A stretch of 64,000 nt of DNA from Planctomycetota bacterium (lineage in GTDB: Bacteria; Planctomycetota; GCA-002687715; DRQF01): positions 1 to 64,000 of the forward strand of contig JALTLO010000064.1 in assembly GCA_027001995.1 (NCBI GenBank), in the 5' to 3' direction. The position numbers and the translations under genes were made by a program. The notes beneath the pieces are model-generated. The model made no database searches and was not told the origin of the DNA. It saw only the letters and a list, made by a program, of their open reading frames with translations. Every line of letters begins with the position of its first letter. Within the stretch, counting starts at the first letter, position 1. Of this stretch, positions 18,291 through 27,635 are shown piece by piece.

Positions 18291-20702
18291 CTACTTAGCC
18301 ACGTAAGTTCCACCTGAGCGGTCAGCCAAGAGTTTCATAAACTGGCGATCATGGCCCCTGCCTACGCCGATGGTATGAATCTTGATCTTTCTCAGAGAGT
18401 TAAGCGAAAGCACTTTCTTGAGGATGTCTTCCGGGTTTGTGATTCTTCCTGCAGTGGGTTGGCCATCTGACAAGAAGAAAATCGTGTCCAAGGCAACCTC
18501 CGCATAACCCGCGTCTCTCGACCCACGGCCAGCGATGTCAAAGACCTTGACAAGAGGTTCATAGATGTTGGTTCCACCCCCAGCGTTCTTGCTCGCCACG
18601 TAAGCCTTGGCTTCTTTCTTCACCTTCGCTTGGGCAACCACCAGTTTCTTCTTCCACACCTCGAAGTCAGTGGAATAAAAGATGATGTTGAAGGCTGCGT
18701 CTTTCGGAAGGGAAGAAATAGCCCTGATGAGCTCAGCCTTTGCCACCTCTATTTTTGTCTTTCCGTCGTAGGCGGCGGGCTCTTGCATGCTTCCTGAGAT
18801 GTCGAGGATGAAGACGATTCGTTTTGAGTAAGTTTTGATGCCGTAGAATTCTGTACCGCCACCATTTTTCGCTGCCTCTCCCCCTTCAGGGTTCGCTTTG
18901 GCGGCCTTTTCTTTCTCGCTTTCATAAGTCGATGAAGCTTCATTCCACCAGGTCACCCAATCATCATGGGAATCACCCCATGTTTGTTTGGTGGCGGTCC
19001 TCAAAGCGTCAGCGATGGATTTCTCCACCCCCGCCGTCTTGTTGCGCCCGTTCTCACTTTGGCTGGTGAGTTCACCCAAGGCGCGAATCAAGGCAGAAAC
19101 GCTCTGCTTGGTGTCGATCTTCAGATAGGCTTTTACGGCGGCCAGCATCATCGGGATGTCTTTTTGTTCGTCACTGAAGACTTTGCGTAGTTGTTCCATT
19201 TCCCCCGGGGTCCCCATAGCGCAATGGGCTAGGGCCTTGATGGCGAAAATACGTTCACTGGGGGTGTAGCGCCATTTTGCCCGGATCCGACCCTCTTTCT
19301 CCCGGCGTCGCATCCGACTTTCAAACGATGATTTGTCCGAATCGTCTCGTTTTCTCATGAGACCGACGAGGCGGTTGACTGCATTTTTGCCCCCAACGTA
19401 ACCCATGAGCATGATGAGTTCTTCGCGTTTCTTGGGAGCCCAGGTCATGTTGAATGGGTCTAGGACTAAGGCCCTGAAGGCTAGCTCGCGGATTTGTTTG
19501 TCGCGCTCAGCGATGGTTTTCCCCACGGCGAGGAGTTCGTCATCATCGACTTCCTCTCCGTTTGCTTCTTTGTCTGACTCGCCTTTGCTGGGAGCTGGGT
19601 CCACCAAGCGGCGGCTTTCTTCAGCCAGAACGGCGGCCAAAGTCAGCTGACGTTTCTCTAAGATGCGGCGGGCCGCCAAAAGGAAGCCGTGGGCTTCCAT
19701 TTTTTGCAGGCCCATGGCTTGATCGCTGGCGTTCTCTGACTTGAGATTCTTGACGATGTCCCGAAGTTCTGTCTCATTTTCATCCCACCATTTCTGCCAC
19801 AGAGCCAGGTTGTCTTCGTAGCTGACACCCGCCAGTAGAGAAAGGGTCTGAATGATGTCGCCCTTCAACCTTCCATCCTCAACTTTGAGTCTTTCGATGA
19901 GGGCTGGGATCATGTCAATGGAAGCGAAACGCCGGGAGGCTTCTAAGGCGGCAGCTCGGACTTGCCATTGTTCATCATTCAGGGCGAATTTCGCCGCCTT
20001 TCCTCCGCGGTGATCTCCCAAACGCTCCAGGGCTTTTAGAGCGGCGACCCGTTCAGCAGCCTTGGGGGCATTGGCGGCGATGCCAACCAAGCCGATCACC
20101 GCTTGCGGGTTGTGGATATAGCCAAGGATCTCAAGATACAGCGCTTTTTGCTCAGGCTTCCTGAGCTTTTCGTATTGGTTAAGAAACAGATTGGTGGCAG
20201 CCAATTGATCTTCTTCGTTTAAGCCGGTGATGAGATCGCCAATGGCGGTCTTGAGCATCTCTTGGGTGCTCGCCTCTAAGCGGATTTGTTTGTCGATGGG
20301 CCCCAGTTTTTGGACCAGCTCTTGTCGCTCTTTGAAAAGCTGACCAACTAAACCCGCTGGTATTCCCGTGGCTTTGGGGTTTCTGGCGAAGTAGGCGGAA
20401 GAACGCTCATCAATGGTGGCCCGTACTTTGGCTAACTTCTTCAAGTAAGGTTTGGCTTTGGTGTTGAACTTGCTCTCGGCTTTTCTCGCTTTGTGCAGTT
20501 GAATGAGAAGTTCTTTTACGCCTTGGGGGTCGTTGGTGCTGCGCATCCGTCTAATGGCACCCCGGCGGTCGGCGAGTTTGTCGCTACGGATTCCTCTTTT
20601 GAATTGTCGCTTCGCAGCGCTGAATTCAGCTTGAGAAAAAGCGAGGGCAGGGAACAAGCCGATGAGGAGTACGCAGGTCAGGAGTTTCCAGTTGAGCTTC
20701 AT
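18291..20702 (-). CDS. Secreted HEAT-repeat protein with C-terminal VWA domain
   Basis: Signal peptide from ATG 20702; HEAT repeats (WQVRAAALEA); MIDAS motif DISGSM...FLSDGQP. Confidence 0.85.
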   Translation of the reverse strand: MKLNWKLLTCVLLIGLFPALAFSQAEFSAAKRQFKRGIRSDKLADRRGAIRRMRSTNDPQGVKELLIQLHKARKAESKFNTKAKPYLKKLAKVRATIDERSSAYFARNPKATGIPAGLVGQLFKERQELVQKLGPIDKQIRLEASTQEMLKTAIGDLITGLNEEDQLAATNLFLNQYEKLRKPEQKALYLEILGYIHNPQAVIGLVGIAANAPKAAERVAALKALERLGDHRGGKAAKFALNDEQWQVRAAALEASRRFASIDMIPALIERLKVEDGRLKGDIIQTLSLLAGVSYEDNLALWQKWWDENETELRDIVKNLKSENASDQAMGLQKMEAHGFLLAARRILEKRQLTLAAVLAEESRRLVDPAPSKGESDKEANGEEVDDDELLAVGKTIAERDKQIRELAFRALVLDPFNMTWAPKKREELIMLMGYVGGKNAVNRLVGLMRKRDDSDKSSFESRMRRREKEGRIRAKWRYTPSERIFAIKALAHCAMGTPGEMEQLRKVFSDEQKDIPMMLAAVKAYLKIDTKQSVSALIRALGELTSQSENGRNKTAGVEKSIADALRTATKQTWGDSHDDWVTWWNEASSTYESEKEKAAKANPEGGEAAKNGGGTEFYGIKTYSKRIVFILDISGSMQEPAAYDGKTKIEVAKAELIRAISSLPKDAAFNIIFYSTDFEVWKKKLVVAQAKVKKEAKAYVASKNAGGGTNIYEPLVKVFDIAGRGSRDAGYAEVALDTIFFLSDGQPTAGRITNPEDILKKVLSLNSLRKIKIHTIGVGRGHDRQFMKLLADRSGGTYVAK

Positions 20703-21121
20703 ATTCAGTTCTTCATTCGCAAAAGCCAAGGCGTTCGAAACTTCAATTTGAGAACCGAAAATAACAAATGCGGCGGATTTCAGGGCCAAATAGCCAGAAC
20801 ATCTGGACAAATTGAGGTGAGAACTCCCTATATCGCTTCAATCTCCTTCTCTGGCCCGGGCAGCGGCTAAAGAGGACGTAGATTGAGAGAAAGAAAAGGG
20901 AAGCTATGGAGGTGTTTGGCCTCTATCAGGCATGAGGACTACAAGTTCAAGAATAAGGCTTCCCAAGAACAGAGAATTTTTGCTCGAAATGGGAGGTTGG
21001 GGCTATAGTCTGCGTATCCTGCCCCAGAGCAGGGTCGCTCTTATCAGTGACGCCTGCGATTCGATGACGTCGCATGTCAGGGATTGGTCTTCGGGGAAGA
21101 ATGTGCATGCAAGGAGGCTCC

Positions 21122-21652
21122 ATGGTTCGGGAAAACCTAAAGACGGTGAGTAGCACCAAGAGTAAAATCTTTGGATACATGCTGATCAACATCATTCCTA
21201 TTGGCGGTATTGTGGCTTTGGTTTGGGGTTTGAATCAGGGAAAAATCTCGCTCGACGATTTGCCCGGCGGGTTGGGTCGAAACGCTCTTTATTTTGCGGT
21301 TTCAGTGGCCTTGTTGATTCTTTGTGCTTCTTTGTTGCTGCCTGTAACTCATCGTCTTGCAGGTCATTTCAAGGCGCGGCTTGGATGGTCCGGTGAGCTT
21401 CGCTCTCATGGGGGGGTGGGGAGGAAGATGTGGGAGGGGCTGTTGTGGTTACCGCGCCAGCTTGGTTTCCGGGTCTCAGCTTTGCTCCGATTTGTGTTTA
21501 TCCTGGCGTCGGTGATTCTTATAGCCTGTTCTGTGATCTTCATCATTCGCTTCCTCAATCCCGAGCTCTTGGAGGAAGAATTACAGATCAGTATGCGGAT
21601 GTTAGACCTTGAGCAGGCCATCCGATCCTTCCAATGGCGCTGGCCCTGGTAG
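21122..21652 (+). CDS. Hypothetical membrane protein (about 3 TM)
   Basis: AGGAGG RBS before ATG 21122; three hydrophobic segments. Confidence 0.7.
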   Translation: MVRENLKTVSSTKSKIFGYMLINIIPIGGIVALVWGLNQGKISLDDLPGGLGRNALYFAVSVALLILCASLLLPVTHRLAGHFKARLGWSGELRSHGGVGRKMWEGLLWLPRQLGFRVSALLRFVFILASVILIACSVIFIIRFLNPELLEEELQISMRMLDLEQAIRSFQWRWPW

Positions 21653-21657
21653 TAGTA

Positions 21658-22380
21658 TCACTTTTGTTGAGGGCGTCGATAGAGTCGTCGCTTGGTGGAG
21701 TCGCATTGATAATCTGGGGATTGAAAAGACTCTGCGGCCTCATAGATGCTGGCGACCTGTCTTTTGGCTGCAGGGAAATTCCTGCTCAGGTTGCCGGTGA
21801 TTGAGGCGATGTTGATCTTGTTATTTCGACTCTCTTTGATTGAGACCCGGCCTTGAAGTCGGTGAAATGAATTGCCGTCGTCCAGAAGAGCCGTGTATTC
21901 ATAGCGTTTGCGATCAAACCGAGGGCCATCGAAGCGACTGCGGGGATTCACATGCAGGGCCACCAATTTCAGATCGGCCATTTTTTCGCTTCTTGAATTC
22001 AACCGCTCTAAGGAGACGGTTACATTGTCTTCGATTTCATTGAGCTTTTCTAATAAGTAAGCTCGGTCCCCCTCTGAGCTGAGCTGGTGGGTGGCTATTT
22101 GGCGGCCTGAATTAAGCCAAGCCAACACGAAGGAAGTTGTGGTTTCAAGGCCAGCGGCAGACTTAGCACTGTTTTGGCTATTACGAACGCCATTTAGAAT
22201 TGAAATGGTGTCGACAGTGGTGAACACGATGAGAACGAACAGAATGAAAGAGACTGTCCCTTTGGTGAAAATGTGAAGCCGTCGGTTGAGACCTTTCAGC
22301 AGGAAGACCAAAAGAATCGCACCGATGAGGGCCGCCCCCAGATAGAGTCCTTGTTCGCGAATTATGATGCTCGGGTCCAT
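21658..22380 (-). CDS. Hypothetical membrane protein (2 N-terminal TM)
   Basis: 240-aa ORF with two TM helices followed by a soluble domain. Confidence 0.65.
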   Translation of the reverse strand: MDPSIIIREQGLYLGAALIGAILLVFLLKGLNRRLHIFTKGTVSFILFVLIVFTTVDTISILNGVRNSQNSAKSAAGLETTTSFVLAWLNSGRQIATHQLSSEGDRAYLLEKLNEIEDNVTVSLERLNSRSEKMADLKLVALHVNPRSRFDGPRFDRKRYEYTALLDDGNSFHRLQGRVSIKESRNNKINIASITGNLSRNFPAAKRQVASIYEAAESFQSPDYQCDSTKRRLYRRPQQK

Positions 22381-22643
22381 CCGTATTTCATCCTGTTTGA
22401 ACTGGGCCTATTGGCCGAATCCTAACCTATTCTTCGTGAGTCGCGTCTTCCAGCGCCAAGGAGGCGAATTGCTCACATCTTGTCTAGACTAAGCTGAAGG
22501 GAGCCGACCGTGGAGAAATACGGTGGTTTCAGCCACTATTTTGACAATCAGACAATTATCATGACTCTTTGCCACTTGCACACGGGGCCCCAGTGGTCAA
22601 AATGGCGATGTTCTTGGTTTGTTGAAGTGCTACGGCAGGGGAT

Positions 22644-23513
22644 ATGTCGAAAGATTCGTCGAATCAATCTGAGTCTAAGGCTGAGGTGATCCCTCCTGTC
22701 TGTCAGTCCTGCCGTTTTGGCTCTGGGCCTCAACGGGATTGTAGCTTAATTGCCAAGGGTGATTTGTCTGCTTTGATGGAGCAGGGGCCCTGTCAGATGG
22801 ATCGCTACATCCGGAGCCGCATTAACCTCATATTACGTCGTAACTTTCCCTTGGTTACTGGCCAAGGGGACGATGTTTACCAGGAAGCAGCTTTGAGGTT
22901 CTTAGACCCGGACTTGCCTTTCCCCGGTGCCAAACTGAAGGGACTGGCTGGGTTACGTCGGTGGCTGCCTCGTTTTCTCCGTAATCAGGTGATCGATCAT
23001 CTGCGCCGACAAAAAATCATCACCAGGCTTCGATGTGGCGCTTGCGAACACTACAGCCGAGCCACTCCTCAGCGGTGTCAACTCGAATTCTATGTAGGCC
23101 CAGATGGGGAGTTAACCCCGAATCCCTGGTGGGGAGACCGGGTTTCAACCAAGACAGATCCTCGAAAACTTGATCCTGTTTGTGGAGAATTCACTTGGCG
23201 CAAACCTGCGACCTTTGATGTCTTTGATGATGAGCTGGTTTCTGAGACGCCTGCGGCCAGCAAATCTCAAGAGGCTGTGCGTGTCTGTTTGCTCGCCATC
23301 GACAAGTTGTCGGCGACTTCCGACCGAGGGATTAGAGAGGCTGCGGTCATTGCTGGCCATTACTTTTCGAAACGCTCGGTCGCCGAACTTGCAGAGCGCT
23401 CAGGAGTTTCCGAGAAGACGGTGAAACGGCTCCTGGCCAGTGGCCGGGTCGCTCTCCTCAAGATCTTGACTGAAGATTTTGGCCTGGAATCTCCTCAAGA
23501 GCTTTTGTCATGA
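22644..23513 (+). CDS. ECF-type sigma-70 factor with Cys-rich N-terminal extension and internal insertion
   Basis: Region 2 DDVYQEA...RRWLPRFLRNQVIDHLRR; region 4 SVAELAERSGVSEKTVKRLL. Confidence 0.8.
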   Translation: MSKDSSNQSESKAEVIPPVCQSCRFGSGPQRDCSLIAKGDLSALMEQGPCQMDRYIRSRINLILRRNFPLVTGQGDDVYQEAALRFLDPDLPFPGAKLKGLAGLRRWLPRFLRNQVIDHLRRQKIITRLRCGACEHYSRATPQRCQLEFYVGPDGELTPNPWWGDRVSTKTDPRKLDPVCGEFTWRKPATFDVFDDELVSETPAASKSQEAVRVCLLAIDKLSATSDRGIREAAVIAGHYFSKRSVAELAERSGVSEKTVKRLLASGRVALLKILTEDFGLESPQELLS

Positions 23514-23607
23514 AAAACATTGACCCCCACATCAATCGAGGTCCGTCTTACTTCATGAGGAGAATCTGTTTACAGCATTCATGCATGGATGGCTCAAAGA
23601 ATAGACG

Positions 23608-24525
23608 ATGAGCGACTTCGAAAGCAAAATTGAATCTTTGGACAGACTCTTGGAGGAAGTGGCGGAATCTCCAGCGGTTGCGGCTATTCTTGAGCGGGCG
23701 GAAGATTCCGGGCACCTCGATGATGATTGGATCATGGCCCTTGCGGAGGGCTCAGCCGATGAGGAAGAAGAACGTCGGGCCAGGCGGCACGTTGTGTTCT
23801 GTGATCGATGCGCCGATCTCTTACTCAATCGGGGGGGAGAAGTGGCGAAAGGTGAGGGCTTGCCCAAATTGGGGGAAGCTCCGAAGGAAGCAGAAAAACG
23901 GCCCCAGAGAATCAGCCCTGAAACCACCAAGAGGCTCCTGGCTGGGCTTGTGGTTGTGGTGGTCTTGTCGACTTTCGTTTTTGTGGCTTTACCGATGTTG
24001 CTTAAGAGCGACAATTCTGACTCAGTGGCTGGAGAAGAAGGGCAGGCTCTCTTTGTTGGGGGCCGGGGAGCTTCTGACTCTGAGATCGGTCGTTTGAGTC
24101 TGAGCCGCTTGGCTTATTTGCAAGTCCGAGGCAACGAGTTGCTTGCAGAAGAATATGTCTATCTTCTTTTGGTTGGCGCCGGTGGTGAACTTCTTCGTTT
24201 CGAACCAAAGCGAGGCCCCGCTCAATCTTTCGACATGAGCACGACCTTCGAGTTGCCGAATGATTTCGGGGGCTACGATTTGCGGCAGTTCGGGATTTTT
24301 GCGGCGGGCCAACGCATTGGCTTCTTCCTGTTCAACAGCAAAGAAAGAATCAGCGTGCTGGAAGGAGAGGTTTTCGAGCGGGTTACGCGACCACTTATCG
24401 TTCGGGACGCCATCGGCGACCGTAAGAATCTTGACGAAGCTGGCTATCGGGCTTTGGCAGGGCGAATGCGTAAGTTGAATCTACCCGGCCAACTGATCAT
24501 GACCTCGGTGAGGCTCGTTCCTTAG
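23608..24525 (+). CDS. Probable ZAS-type anti-sigma factor (HxxxCxxC, one TM, extracytoplasmic domain)
   Basis: HVVFCDRC motif, one TM helix, directly downstream of the sigma gene. Confidence 0.78.
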   Translation: MSDFESKIESLDRLLEEVAESPAVAAILERAEDSGHLDDDWIMALAEGSADEEEERRARRHVVFCDRCADLLLNRGGEVAKGEGLPKLGEAPKEAEKRPQRISPETTKRLLAGLVVVVVLSTFVFVALPMLLKSDNSDSVAGEEGQALFVGGRGASDSEIGRLSLSRLAYLQVRGNELLAEEYVYLLLVGAGGELLRFEPKRGPAQSFDMSTTFELPNDFGGYDLRQFGIFAAGQRIGFFLFNSKERISVLEGEVFERVTRPLIVRDAIGDRKNLDEAGYRALAGRMRKLNLPGQLIMTSVRLVP

Positions 24526-24591
24526 AACCCCTGCCCACGGCTAACCCAGAGATCTGGTTCTGATTCCGGGGTTGCATAAAAATGGTGCATC

Positions 24592-24640
24592 CAGCGCAGG
24601 GATGATTCATGGAATGGGGAATCGAACCTTCCCTGCGCTG
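24592..24640. terminator. Inverted repeat between convergent genes
   Basis: CAGCGCAGGGA...TCCCTGCGCTG 11-bp stem with an internal GATTC/GAATC pairing. Confidence 0.45.
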
Positions 24641-24777
24641 AAGCCCAGGGTAAGAAATAGAGACTTACTCACTGTCCCTTACACATTTTGTTGAAAATAA
24701 GACAACCGAGAATGACGAAACGGTCTCATGTGCTTGTCTTTTCATCGTTTACCTGGATAGAGCAGGAGATCTTCTCT

Positions 24778-25812
24778 CTATCGGGGTTTTGCGAGTTCTT
24801 TGCGGATGACCTCTTCTGCCATGCGATCCTGGGGTGAGTATTCCCAATCTTCAATGTAGCGGGTGTCTGTGTGGAATCGCCAGATGACGAAACCGCTGAA
24901 CCAAGACTCCCGGCGAAACGTGTCAAAGAATGCTCGGTAGCAGTCCGCTTGATGTTTCTGCGAAATCGACTTGCCCGCTTTGGTTGTCCATTCCCATGGC
25001 TTCCAGCCAGCTTGGTCGACGCAGGGATAGCCAACTTCAGTAAATATAAGCTTGCGGCCATACTGTTGCGACAGTCCTTTGAGCTTGCTTAGTATTGGCA
25101 TCCAACCTTGACGCATTCTTTGATGGGAGGCGTTCGGAGCATCGGCCACCGGGAAGTAGGCACCCACCCCAATGTAATCCAGATCATCCCAGAAACTGAC
25201 TTGCTCGAACTCTTGGTACCAGTTGGCCGAGTAAGTGATCTTGCCAGAATAGCAGGTGCGCAGGGCCTCTATCATTTGGCGCCATCGTTGGGGGAACTTG
25301 GTTGTTGAGTGGCGATACTCAAGGCCCATGCAAAAGAACTCAACGCCTTCCTCTTCCGCCATAGTGGCATAGGTGACGAGCATCTTCTCCATGTTGTCGT
25401 GAAAGCGACCCCAAGATGCCTCATCTCCCATGGCGATGTCGCCCCGCCAAAGAGGGTTCTTTCTTCGGAAGAAGGTTGGGCTTTCGATCCGCGGGAACAA
25501 GAGAACTTTGTGGCCCTTTTGGTGTAAGGCCCGGATGACCTGTCGGTGCTTGTCCATGTCGGAGTGGTCCACGATCTCAGGCTGGGTCACGTCTTCCATG
25601 GATGGTTCTGGGGCGTAAGCAACCCAACGAATCCCCAAGTCGAAGAGATGCTTCATTTGACTTTGGCCTTGGTCACTGAGGTAACCATCGTCACCATGAA
25701 GTGCCAACCAAGCGCCGGCGAAGTATTCTTCAGCTTCTTGGGGTTTCTGCTGTTTGCAGGAAGAGGTTAAGAGGAGAACTCCAAAGAGTACGCCCCAAAC
25801 CCAATGTCTCAT
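24778..25812 (-). CDS. Glycoside hydrolase family 113-like TIM-barrel lipoprotein
   Basis: Lipobox LTSSC; WRGDI, GLEY, ITYSANW, FWDDLDYIGVGAYFP and FTEVGY motifs. Confidence 0.85.
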   Translation of the reverse strand: MRHWVWGVLFGVLLLTSSCKQQKPQEAEEYFAGAWLALHGDDGYLSDQGQSQMKHLFDLGIRWVAYAPEPSMEDVTQPEIVDHSDMDKHRQVIRALHQKGHKVLLFPRIESPTFFRRKNPLWRGDIAMGDEASWGRFHDNMEKMLVTYATMAEEEGVEFFCMGLEYRHSTTKFPQRWRQMIEALRTCYSGKITYSANWYQEFEQVSFWDDLDYIGVGAYFPVADAPNASHQRMRQGWMPILSKLKGLSQQYGRKLIFTEVGYPCVDQAGWKPWEWTTKAGKSISQKHQADCYRAFFDTFRRESWFSGFVIWRFHTDTRYIEDWEYSPQDRMAEEVIRKELAKPR

Positions 25813-26774
25813 ACTTGGCCTCGGATCTCTTCGATGTGATCTCGGAGAAATTCCGCAGCGCAGCGTAGCCGAAACATCACTTGTTGTTCATCTAAGTCGA
25901 GCAACTCGCCGATTTCTTCTGAGCTGAGTCCTTCTACATAGTGCATGCGAAAAGCTCGTCGCCAATCTCTTGGCAATTGGCTCAATTTGTCTTCGACGAT
26001 GGGCTTGAGTTGTTCTGTGCCGAGCATGGAGGCGGCCTCTGCTGCGATCGCTTCATCAGCGTGGTCAATGACGACCTCCCAGCCTTCCAAGGCCACGTGG
26101 GAAGCTAAGGCGTTGTTCTCTTTGGAGAGACCCGTATGGCGGGGCACGACTTCGTCCAAGACATCCATGGCAGAGCGGAAAAGCCAGCTTCGGCGACTGA
26201 GGTGGCGAGGTTTGTGATTGAAGAAGTCGACGGCGTTGGCAAGGGTGCGTTCGAGAATCTCGCCAGCGTCGACTTCAAGGTCAGGATGACGTCGCTTGAG
26301 TTCTAAGATTTCGGAGTTGATCAAAGCCTCCAAGTTTTCGACGTGCCGCCCTAGACCTTCGCGGAATTTCTCTAAGTCGCGGTCAACGACACCCATCTCG
26401 ATGTCCGAGTCACTGATTGGCAGAGAAGCGTTCTTGTCTGTTCGCACCCGGTTGTGAAGGTGTTCCCGGCGGAGGAGCTCTTTGTATTCCTTGAGCTGGC
26501 GGATGAGACGCTTCAAAGCTCGGTCAAAGGAGCCTCGCAGGTGGGGCTCTTCTGCGTGGGCAGAGATCGTTGTTTGAGGCAAGCTCAAGGAGATAACGAA
26601 GCGATGCATTCGATCTCTTTCTGCCACTTGAAGGGAAATGTGAATTTGCCGGGCAGAGAAACGCTGGGTCAAGGTATCAACCTTCTCAATGCGCTCATGG
26701 ATATAACGCTCTGAATCTTTGCCAATCTTGAAGTCGGCGCTGTCGATGATGATTTTCAGCTTGGTGTCATTCAT
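25809..26774 (-). CDS. HPF/RaiA (S30AE)-like domain fused to sigma-70 region 2-like and region 4 domains
   Basis: The N-terminal ~105 aa follow the HPF pattern (RYIHERIEKV...LSLPQTTISAHAEEPHLRGSFDRALKRLIRQLKEYKE). The C-terminus LSQLPRDWRRAFRMHYVEGLSSEEIGELL is a sigma4-type HTH. Confidence 0.75.
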   Translation of the reverse strand: MNDTKLKIIIDSADFKIGKDSERYIHERIEKVDTLTQRFSARQIHISLQVAERDRMHRFVISLSLPQTTISAHAEEPHLRGSFDRALKRLIRQLKEYKELLRREHLHNRVRTDKNASLPISDSDIEMGVVDRDLEKFREGLGRHVENLEALINSEILELKRRHPDLEVDAGEILERTLANAVDFFNHKPRHLSRRSWLFRSAMDVLDEVVPRHTGLSKENNALASHVALEGWEVVIDHADEAIAAEAASMLGTEQLKPIVEDKLSQLPRDWRRAFRMHYVEGLSSEEIGELLDLDEQQVMFRLRCAAEFLRDHIEEIRGQV

Positions 26775-26850
26775 GTAGATGCTCCTAAAGTGTCAACCGG
26801 CAGAATCGTTCTGGTGTTTATGTGGGCATGATCTTGAGAAATCGTCAAGG

Positions 26851-27624
26851 TCAATGTTGTACCGTTGTGGCTCCGGCGCCGCCATCCACATTGAGGATGG
26901 CGCCACTAATCCAAGAGGCGTCTTCCGACAAAAGAAAACTCACAGCGGGGGCTACTTCTTTACCGGTCCCGATTCGGCCCAAAGGGATGCGACCGGCAAT
27001 TTTCGCAAGGGTCTCAGAAGCGTCGCTTTCCGCGGCCAACTCTGCGGTCATTAACTGGTCTTCAATGGGACCAACGACAATGCCATTGACTCGGATGCCC
27101 CCTGGGCCATAGTCCACAGCCAAACTGCGACAGAGTCCCTGGATGGCAGATTGAGTCACGGTGTTGAGGGTTGAAGATGCTGAGCCCCCAAGACCCTTGT
27201 TTGCCATCAGGCAGACCATGGCTCCCAGGTCGCTCTTGCGCAGAAATGGCATGGCGAACTTGCTGGCTAACCATGTTGACCGAAGATCACGATCGATGGT
27301 TTCTTGCCAAGTGTCACATTCGATGTCGCAGGCTGACCCTGGAGCTGGGCACCCAGCGAATGTGACTAAGCCATCAATGCTGCCATAGGTCATGATGGCA
27401 TCTGCGATCATGCTTTGAGCTTCACTCTCAGAATCTGGTTTGGTGGCGGTGAACGCCACCTGTCCTCCGGCAGCTTCGACTTGCTCAGCAAGCTCTTGGC
27501 CTTTTTCGCTGTCAGACCCAGCGAAAACCAAAGCGGCACCGTCTCTTGCCAGGCGCAGACCGATGCTCATAGCGAGGTCATCAAGTCCGCCAACCAACAG
27601 AATAACCTTGTTCGCAAGGCTCAT
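26851..27624 (-). CDS. SDR-fold protein with degenerate catalytic motifs
   Basis: The SDR scaffold is present (GIRVNGIVVG, IPLGRIG, WISGAILNVDGG), but TGxxxGxG and YxxxK are absent. Confidence 0.85.
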   Translation of the reverse strand: MSLANKVILLVGGLDDLAMSIGLRLARDGAALVFAGSDSEKGQELAEQVEAAGGQVAFTATKPDSESEAQSMIADAIMTYGSIDGLVTFAGCPAPGSACDIECDTWQETIDRDLRSTWLASKFAMPFLRKSDLGAMVCLMANKGLGGSASSTLNTVTQSAIQGLCRSLAVDYGPGGIRVNGIVVGPIEDQLMTAELAAESDASETLAKIAGRIPLGRIGTGKEVAPAVSFLLSEDASWISGAILNVDGGAGATTVQH

Positions 27625-27635
27625 TGAGCTTGCTC

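Noticed and set aside
24600..24640. GGTTCGATTCC T-loop-like motif on the minus strand
   Set aside because: No D-arm, anticodon arm or acceptor stem could be built, so it is not a tRNA.
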